Assembly (NCBI GenBank): GCA_040397175.1
Contig: JBBAWM010000004.1
Location: 109,773 to 125,848, forward strand
Direction: 5' to 3'
DNA from: Candidatus Limnocylindrus sp.
GTDB lineage: Bacteria > Chloroflexota > Limnocylindria > Limnocylindrales > Limnocylindraceae
DNA: 16,076 nt
Part shown: piece by piece, positions 9,705-15,887 of the stretch
Position numbering within the stretch: the first letter of the stretch is position 1
Layout: each line of letters begins with the position of its first letter
Notes under the pieces: model-generated
Database searches by the model: none
The model's input: the letters and a program-made list of their open reading frames with translations, nothing else
What the model was told of the DNA's origin: nothing
Position numbers and translations under genes: made by a program

Positions 9705-9710
9705 ACGATA
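9705..9710 (-). promoter_or_regulatory. Putative -10 box (TATCGT) 6 nt upstream of the vWA gene ATG; leaderless-type promoter of the operon
   Basis: Minus strand reads AAC-TATCGT-AGCGCA-ATG, matching TANNNT at the same spacing as hom. Confidence 0.55.
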
Positions 9711-9757
9711 GTTGATCTGAGGCTAATTCGGGAACTTATGAGCATGTTTCGCAACGG

Positions 9758-9763
9758 AAGGAG
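9758..9763 (+). promoter_or_regulatory. Shine-Dalgarno-like AAGGAG for the protease gene
   Basis: AAGGAG lies 9 nt upstream of the GTG at 9773. Confidence 0.5.
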
Positions 9764-9772
9764 CCCCCGCCC

Positions 9773-10744
9773 GTGTGGAAGAAAGTCATCGTATTGGTAA
9801 CAATCATTGCCGCAGTGGGGGGCGCCCTTTTTGCTACGTTCTACCGGCCTCCGAATGAACCGTGGAGGCCCGCAGATCTCGTGCGATCAACCGTGTATAT
9901 CACGATCGATCTGCCTGTAGGACTCACCCCAAAGGAGGAGGCTCGTGGCGCAGGATGCACAGGATCAGGGACAGGAACGCTCGTCGACGTCGACTTGATC
10001 CTTACGGCGAAGCATCTGAGTGAACCGAATCAAACTGCCAGTTGCTTATTCCCTGAACTAGGTTACAACCTAATCTACCGCGCCTATTTCGCCTCAGAGA
10101 ACGATCAGCGACTGAACACCTACCCGTGCACCGTAGTTCCGGTTGGCTCATCAACTGAGCATGACATCTCACTTTTACAAATCAAGAATCTGGACGACTG
10201 TACGGCCTCCTTTACCGCAAAAGTAATGCCTATCCCGCTGAAGATTTCCGACTCTGACGCTGTTCAAATGGGGGACGAGGTGTTTAGTTTCGGATTCCCA
10301 GATCGCGCAAATTCAACTACGTACTTCGATAATAGGAACACAGCTGATGCGGCCGTAGCGATCTGGTCAGCTGGCGTGATTGCATCGGTTGAGTACACGA
10401 CAAAGCCAAGAGACTTGTTCATCACCACGCTGCATGGTTCGTCGGGCTCGTCTGGTGGGCCAGTGCTCAATGCTGCGGGTGACGTGATCGGCGTGACGGT
10501 AGCGATAAATTACCTAACAAGGGAATGTGAACCCATGCCTACTGGGAAGAGCGCTGTTCCCCCACCTGACCGAGATCGAAATGGTGACGGCAAGTGGCAG
10601 ATTTGGGAGTGGTGCCCATCCTTTGGATCGTCGTGGACCTATGTTACGCCAGTGGACTGGATTTTTAGCCAGCTTTACTGCCTGCGCCGAGAGGCGCTTT
10701 TGCCACCAACCGTTATCCAAAAATACGACTGCACAGCAAATTAG
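9773..10744 (+). CDS. Membrane-anchored or secreted trypsin-like (S1) serine protease
   Basis: N-terminal basic plus hydrophobic segment (KKVIVLVTIIAAVGGALFATF). Catalytic triad motifs LILTAKH (His), HDISLLQI (Asp) and GSSGGPVLN (Ser), plus GDEVFSFGFP. No PDZ domain evident. Cys-rich C-terminus. Confidence 0.9.
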   Translation: MWKKVIVLVTIIAAVGGALFATFYRPPNEPWRPADLVRSTVYITIDLPVGLTPKEEARGAGCTGSGTGTLVDVDLILTAKHLSEPNQTASCLFPELGYNLIYRAYFASENDQRLNTYPCTVVPVGSSTEHDISLLQIKNLDDCTASFTAKVMPIPLKISDSDAVQMGDEVFSFGFPDRANSTTYFDNRNTADAAVAIWSAGVIASVEYTTKPRDLFITTLHGSSGSSGGPVLNAAGDVIGVTVAINYLTRECEPMPTGKSAVPPPDRDRNGDGKWQIWEWCPSFGSSWTYVTPVDWIFSQLYCLRREALLPPTVIQKYDCTAN

Positions 10745-10765
10745 TCACTTAGGCCCGCGCAGGGC

Positions 10766-10774
10766 TGCTACAGT
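10766..10774 (+). promoter_or_regulatory. Extended -10 box (TG-C-TACAGT) 6 nt upstream of ATG 10781; leaderless-type promoter
   Basis: TGCTACAGT-CCCCGC-ATG with no SD. Confidence 0.6.
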
Positions 10775-10780
10775 CCCCGC

Positions 10781-12166
10781 ATGACCACGGTCCGTCGCCT
10801 CCTTGTCGCCGCGCTGGCCGCTGCGACCCTGGCGATCACGGCGGCGCCGGGCGCTCCTGCCGGACCTGATCTCAGCGGATACGCCTGGCAGGCGATGTAC
10901 GGCGCGGGCACCTTGCCACTCGCCAACGGCAACATCTTTGCGATTAAGTCGGTTGGTCCCGACCTTTATCTCGGTGGGGATTTCACCGACTTCGCGGGCA
11001 TCAATGCTGCCGACCGGCTGGTGCGCTGGAACGGCACCGCCCTCGAGTGGCAGGCGGTTGGCTGGGTCGGCGAAGGGGGCGGCGCGATTACCGATGGCGC
11101 CGTGCGGGCGATCGAGGTCTCGGGGAACACCGTCTACATCGGTGGTGATTTCACCGTCACAGATTATTTGAGCAACCCGCGTAAGAGCCTCGCCTGGTAC
11201 ACGCTCCCCGACCCAACGCTCAATGATTACTGGAACTATTCCTGGCACGGGTTCGACGGATCAACGCATGCCGATGCGGTGTGGAACGGCGTCGTCAACA
11301 CGATTACCGAAATCGGCGGCTTCTTCTACGTCGGTGGTGGGTTCACCGATGGGGCCGACAACCCAGAGAACGACAACTTGATGCTGGGCTATCACAGCTT
11401 CTGCTTCACCGGTGAAGTTTCGGCGTGTGATGCGTCAGCACCCGATGTCACGGTGTGCGGCGGCGTCACCATTAGTTGCGTGATTACCCCACCGAACCTT
11501 TGGCTGGCGCCCGGAAACAACGGCGTTGGCACGGGGGCGTTGAACGGCACCGTGAACAGCGTCATGGCGCTTCAGTCGGGCGGCGCATTCGTGGCCGGCA
11601 ACTTCTTAGACGCCGCTGGCAACGCGGGGATGAGCTACGCCGCGCGCTACCTTCCGAACGGCACGCCTGAGTGGAACGCTGTCTCGGGGATTCCTTCAAC
11701 GATGTGGGCTACGGCATCGCTCGGATCTGGTCAGTACGTTGCGGGCTGGGAGGGTGCCTATCGCTATGTCAACAGCACCACCTGGGAAGAGATCTGCCCC
11801 ACCGCGCTGCACCAGACGGGTGTCACCTGGACCGGCATCGCCGCCATCAGCGATAGCCTGGTGTTTGTTGCGAGCACCTCTGGCAACCTTCAGGCCTGCA
11901 ACCCAAACACCGGCGTTGCGATGGCGGTGCCTGGGTCGACCACGGGCTACCGCCTGGCGAATCACCGCGGTGACTTGATCGTTGCCGGCGATGTGAATGT
12001 GGGCGGCCTCATCGGCACCGGCAATTACATCGCCCGCTACACCTACACCGATCCGCTTCCGCCAACCAGCCGCGATGCCAACCGCAACACCAACGCTGCG
12101 CTGTTCCTGATCACCCTCGCCGCGCTGACCGCCCTCGCTGGCGTGCAGATTCACCGCCGCGCCTAG
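10781..12166 (+). CDS. Secreted beta-propeller repeat surface protein with an LPxT-type C-terminal sorting signal
   Basis: Signal peptide MTTVRRLLVAALAAATLAITAA. Repeated blades LYLGGDFT, VYIGGDFT, FYVGGGFT, AFVAGNFL, LIVAGDV. C-terminal LPPTS, hydrophobic helix and HRRA tail. Confidence 0.8.
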   Translation: MTTVRRLLVAALAAATLAITAAPGAPAGPDLSGYAWQAMYGAGTLPLANGNIFAIKSVGPDLYLGGDFTDFAGINAADRLVRWNGTALEWQAVGWVGEGGGAITDGAVRAIEVSGNTVYIGGDFTVTDYLSNPRKSLAWYTLPDPTLNDYWNYSWHGFDGSTHADAVWNGVVNTITEIGGFFYVGGGFTDGADNPENDNLMLGYHSFCFTGEVSACDASAPDVTVCGGVTISCVITPPNLWLAPGNNGVGTGALNGTVNSVMALQSGGAFVAGNFLDAAGNAGMSYAARYLPNGTPEWNAVSGIPSTMWATASLGSGQYVAGWEGAYRYVNSTTWEEICPTALHQTGVTWTGIAAISDSLVFVASTSGNLQACNPNTGVAMAVPGSTTGYRLANHRGDLIVAGDVNVGGLIGTGNYIARYTYTDPLPPTSRDANRNTNAALFLITLAALTALAGVQIHRRA

Positions 12167-12185
12167 GGGCGCACTCCCACCCCGC

Positions 12186-12191
12186 TACACT
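12186..12191 (+). promoter_or_regulatory. Putative -10 box (TACACT) 7 nt upstream of the trpS ATG; leaderless-type promoter
   Basis: CGC-TACACT-CCCCCGT-ATG with no SD. Confidence 0.6.
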
Positions 12192-12198
12192 CCCCCGT

Positions 12199-13179
12199 AT
12201 GAACAAGCAGCCGATCCGCGCCTATTCGGGGATCCAGCCGAGCGGGGCGCCGCACCTGGGGAACGACCTGGGCGCCATCCGCAACTACGTGGCGCTGCAA
12301 GAGAGATACGAGTCCATCTACTGCATCGTTGATTACCACGCCCTTACCAGCGTGCACGACGGCGAGAAGCTCAGGCGTCAGACGCGCGAGATGGCCGCAG
12401 CGCTCATTGCCCTGGGCCTCGACCCGAACAGGTGCACCCTCTTTGTGCAGAGCCATCGCCCCGAGGTGCAGGAGCTTGCCTGGATCCTGATGACCGTCAC
12501 GCCCGTGAGCTGGGTCGAGCGCACTCCCACCTATAAGGAGAGGAAGCTGCAGCAGGCCGACGACATCAACCACGGCCTCCTCACCTACCCGATCCTGCAG
12601 GCGGCCGACATTCTGCTGCCGAAGGCGAGCGTGGTGCCGGTGGGCAAGGATCAGGCCGCACACCTCGAACTGAGCCGCGAGATCGCGCGCTCGTTCAACA
12701 ACAAGTTCGGCGACACCTTCCCAGAGCCAGAGGCCGTCTTCACCACGTCACCAGTAGTTCTGGGCACCGACGGTGAGAAGAAGATGTCTAAGTCGATCGG
12801 CAACACCATTGACATCCTGGGTGACCCTGCCGTGATCACCAAGCAGGTGATGGGCTCGGTGACCGACACCAAGCGCCCTCTCAAGAGCGACCCGGGGCAC
12901 CCCGAGGCCTGCAACGTTTGCCAGCTGCACAAGCTGGTCAGCGCCAACTACGAAGAGCTCTGGCAGAACGAGCGCGCCGCCCTCACCGGCTGCGCCGACA
13001 TGAAGCGCCTCCTCGCCGAGCGCCTGATCGCCCACTACGCCCCCGCCCGCGAGCGCTACAACGAGCTCCTCGCCTTACCTCATGAAATCGACAACATCCT
13101 CGGCGACGGTGCCGCCCGCCTTCTTCCCATCGTCACCGAGACGATGCGCGAGGTGAAGGAGAAGGTCGGCCTCGCATGA
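12199..13179 (+). CDS. trpS: Tryptophan--tRNA ligase
   Basis: YSGIQPSG, HIGH-like HLGN, VDYHALT, LFVQS, LLTYPILQAADIL, VPVGKDQ..HLELSREIA and KMSKS; 326 aa. Confidence 0.97.
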   Translation: MNKQPIRAYSGIQPSGAPHLGNDLGAIRNYVALQERYESIYCIVDYHALTSVHDGEKLRRQTREMAAALIALGLDPNRCTLFVQSHRPEVQELAWILMTVTPVSWVERTPTYKERKLQQADDINHGLLTYPILQAADILLPKASVVPVGKDQAAHLELSREIARSFNNKFGDTFPEPEAVFTTSPVVLGTDGEKKMSKSIGNTIDILGDPAVITKQVMGSVTDTKRPLKSDPGHPEACNVCQLHKLVSANYEELWQNERAALTGCADMKRLLAERLIAHYAPARERYNELLALPHEIDNILGDGAARLLPIVTETMREVKEKVGLA

Positions 13180-14438
13180 GGCTGCCGCTCAGCCGCACCA
13201 TTCGGCGCCTGCTTGGGCGCAAGGCAGCGGTCGACCCCATGAGGCAGTTTGCCGCGGTCAATCGCCCAGCACTGGTACCAACGATTCCGCTGGCGCCAAC
13301 GTCCGCACAGCCGCACCTACCGCCGCGCATCACCATCGTGCTGCCGGGGCTCACCTTTGCCGGAGCAACGGGCGGGCCGAACACGGCGTACAACATTGGT
13401 GGGCGACTGCACGTGTCGGGGCTGCGCGTGCGCTTCGCCACCGCAGGCAACGTCGACGCCGACCTCACCAACCTGCGCGCGCATGTGGCGCAGCTCGGCG
13501 GTGATGCAACCGGTGCACAGGGGATTGAGTTCGTCACTGCCTCTGAAAGTGCGCCGATGCCCGTGGAGCCCGACGAGTCGTTCCTTGCCACAGCCTGGCA
13601 GACGGCGTACACCGCCCAGGCCGCGCTGCAGTACACCAGCGCCAAGGAGTTCTTTTACCTGATTCAGGATTACGAGCCCGCCTTCTCGGCCTGGTCATCA
13701 AACTTTGCCCTTGCCGCCGCCACGTACACCATGCCGCACCGCCCGATCTTCAACGACCCGATCCTTGGTAATTACCTGCATGACCAGATCCCCGAGAGTC
13801 GTCGCGCTCCAGGGAAGAGCATCTCGTTCTTGCCCGCGGTCGACCCGGTGCTCTTCGCCCCACCAGCCGTGCCGCGTCAGCGCCCGTACACACTGCTCTT
13901 TTACGCGCGACCAAACGCACAGCGCAACGCCTTTGAGCTGGGCCTCCATGCCCTGCGCGCCGCCGTGGCCCGCGGTGCCTTGAGCGCCCCCGACTGGAAG
14001 ATTCTTTCGATCGGCACCCCACTCCCGCCGTTCGACCTAGGCCGCGGCCAGACACTGATCAACGACCCGTGGAACAACTTCACCGAGTACGCGGCACTCA
14101 TGCGCCGCTCTTCAGTTGTGCTCGCCCTCTCAATCTCGCCGGTGAGCGGCTACCCGGTGCGCGAGATCGCCAGCACCGGCGGCTTCGCCGTAACGAACAC
14201 CTTCGCCAATAAGGACCGCGCCAGCCTGCAGCTCATTTCGCCGCGCGTGTTTGCCGCCCCTGCCACCGTCGACGAGATCGCCACAGAACTCATTCGCGCC
14301 GCCACCGCCACCGAGGCCGGCGAGGCTGACACCCCGCTCCCCCCGAACGCCAGCCAGATGCCCCCTACCTGGACGGCAGCACTGAGCGAAGTGATTCCCT
14401 GGATCGTGGCTGGGGTGCGAGAATCTCGGCATGACTAA
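13176..14438 (+). CDS. GT-B glycosyltransferase, WsaF-like (putative rhamnosyltransferase), copy 1
   Basis: GGPNT, FLATAWQTAY, YLIQDYEPAF and LLFYARPNAQRNAFELGL match motifs recalled for the WsaF family. ATGA overlap with the trpS stop. Confidence 0.8.
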   Translation: MRLPLSRTIRRLLGRKAAVDPMRQFAAVNRPALVPTIPLAPTSAQPHLPPRITIVLPGLTFAGATGGPNTAYNIGGRLHVSGLRVRFATAGNVDADLTNLRAHVAQLGGDATGAQGIEFVTASESAPMPVEPDESFLATAWQTAYTAQAALQYTSAKEFFYLIQDYEPAFSAWSSNFALAAATYTMPHRPIFNDPILGNYLHDQIPESRRAPGKSISFLPAVDPVLFAPPAVPRQRPYTLLFYARPNAQRNAFELGLHALRAAVARGALSAPDWKILSIGTPLPPFDLGRGQTLINDPWNNFTEYAALMRRSSVVLALSISPVSGYPVREIASTGGFAVTNTFANKDRASLQLISPRVFAAPATVDEIATELIRAATATEAGEADTPLPPNASQMPPTWTAALSEVIPWIVAGVRESRHD

Positions 14439-14628
14439 TCACGCCGACATGAAGCGCCTGCTGGCCGAGCGCCTGATCGCCCACTACGCCCCCGCCCGCG
14501 AGCGCTACAACGAGCTCCTCGCCTTACCTCATGAAATCGACAACATCCTCGGCGACGGTGCCGCCCGCCTTCTTCCCATCGTCACCGAGACGATGCGCGA
14601 GGTGAAGGAGAAGGTCGGCCTCGCATGA
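14431..14628 (+). pseudogene. trpS: Duplicated trpS 3' fragment (last 61 codons) open as a 65-aa mini-ORF
   Basis: MTNH followed by ADMKRLLAERLIAHYAPARERYNELLALPHEIDNILGDGAARLLPIVTETMREVKEKVGLA, identical in protein to the TrpS C-terminus. Two synonymous differences near the 5' end (CTG CTG vs CTC CTC). Confidence 0.9.
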
Positions 14629-15887
14629 GGCTGCCGCTCAGCCGCACCATTCGGCGCCTGCTTGGGCGCAAGGCAGCGGTCGACCCCATGAGGCAGTTTG
14701 CCGCGGTCAATCGCCCAGCACTGGTACCAACGATTCCGCTGGCGCCAACGTCCGCACAGCCGCACCTACCGCCGCGCATCACCATCGTGCTGCCGGGGCT
14801 CACCTTTGCCGGAGCAACGGGCGGGCCGAACACGGCGTACAACATTGGTGGGCGACTGCACGTGTCGGGGCTGCGCGTGCGCTTCGCCACCGCAGGCAAC
14901 GTCGACGCCGACCTCACCAACCTGCGCGCGCATGTGGCGCAGCTCGGCGGTGATGCAACCGGTGCACAGGGGATTGAGTTCGTCACTGCCTCTGAAAGTG
15001 CGCCGATGCCCGTGGAGCCCGACGAGTCGTTCCTTGCCACAGCCTGGCAGACGGCGTACACCGCCCAGGCCGCGCTGCAGTACACCAGCGCCAAGGAGTT
15101 CTTTTACCTGATTCAGGATTACGAGCCCGCCTTCTCGGCCTGGTCATCAAACTTTGCCCTTGCCGCCGCCACGTACACCATGCCGCACCGCCCGATCTTC
15201 AACGACCCGATCCTTGGTAATTACCTGCATGACCAGATCCCCGAGAGTCGTCGCGCTCCAGGGAAGAGCATCTCGTTCTTGCCCGCGGTCGACCCGGTGC
15301 TCTTCGCCCCACCAGCCGTGCCGCGTCAGCGCCCGTACACACTGCTCTTTTACGCGCGACCAAACGCACAGCGCAACGCCTTTGAGCTGGGCCTCCATGC
15401 CCTGCGCGCCGCCGTGGCCCGCGGTGCCTTGAGCGCCCCCGACTGGAAGATTCTTTCGATCGGCACCCCACTCCCGCCGTTCGACCTAGGCCGCGGCCAG
15501 ACACTGATCAACGACCCGTGGAACAACTTCACCGAGTACGCGGCACTCATGCGCCGCTCTTCAGTTGTGCTCGCCCTCTCAATCTCGCCGGTGAGCGGCT
15601 ACCCGGTGCGCGAGATCGCCAGCACCGGCGGCTTCGCCGTAACGAACACCTTCGCCAATAAGGACCGCGCCAGCCTGCAGCTCATTTCGCCGCGCGTGTT
15701 TGCCGCCCCTGCCACCGTCGACGAGATCGCCACAGAACTCATTCGCGCCGCCACCGCCACCGAGGCCGGCGAGGCTGACACCCCGCTCCCCCCGAACGCC
15801 AGCCAGATGCCCCCTACCTGGACGGCAGCACTGAGCGAAGTGATTCCCTGGATCGTGGCTGGGGTGCGAGAATCTCGGCATGACTAA
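14625..15887 (+). CDS. GT-B glycosyltransferase, WsaF-like, copy 2
   Basis: Translation identical to 13176..14438. ATGA overlap with the mini-ORF stop. Confidence 0.8.
   Translation: MRLPLSRTIRRLLGRKAAVDPMRQFAAVNRPALVPTIPLAPTSAQPHLPPRITIVLPGLTFAGATGGPNTAYNIGGRLHVSGLRVRFATAGNVDADLTNLRAHVAQLGGDATGAQGIEFVTASESAPMPVEPDESFLATAWQTAYTAQAALQYTSAKEFFYLIQDYEPAFSAWSSNFALAAATYTMPHRPIFNDPILGNYLHDQIPESRRAPGKSISFLPAVDPVLFAPPAVPRQRPYTLLFYARPNAQRNAFELGLHALRAAVARGALSAPDWKILSIGTPLPPFDLGRGQTLINDPWNNFTEYAALMRRSSVVLALSISPVSGYPVREIASTGGFAVTNTFANKDRASLQLISPRVFAAPATVDEIATELIRAATATEAGEADTPLPPNASQMPPTWTAALSEVIPWIVAGVRESRHD

Noticed and set aside
819-9711. Numerous 60-170 aa plus-strand ORFs opposite the three-gene operon
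   Set aside because: Ser/Arg/Ala-rich antisense shadows expected in high-GC coding DNA, with no motifs or start signals.
9773-10744. Calling the protease htrA/degP
   Set aside because: No PDZ domain is evident and the motifs (TAKH, GSSGG) differ from the HtrA TNxHV/GNSGG pattern.
819-10748. AGTCAC present in inverted orientation near both edges of the putative island (about 819-824 and 10743-10748)
   Set aside because: Only 6 bp with no extension; expected by chance and not credible as att sites or terminal inverted repeats.
10752-10766. GGCCC-GCGCA-GGGCT hairpin after the protease stop as a terminator
   Set aside because: Stem of only 4-5 bp, no U-tract, and it abuts the next promoter.
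12033-12190. 10-bp repeat CCCGCTACAC at 12033 and 12181
   Set aside because: The first copy is coding (ARYT) and lacks the final T of the -10 box; probably coincidental.
13080-15881. Duplicated alternative-frame ORFs inside the glycosyltransferase copies
   Set aside because: They recur only because the DNA is duplicated; there is no independent evidence of coding.
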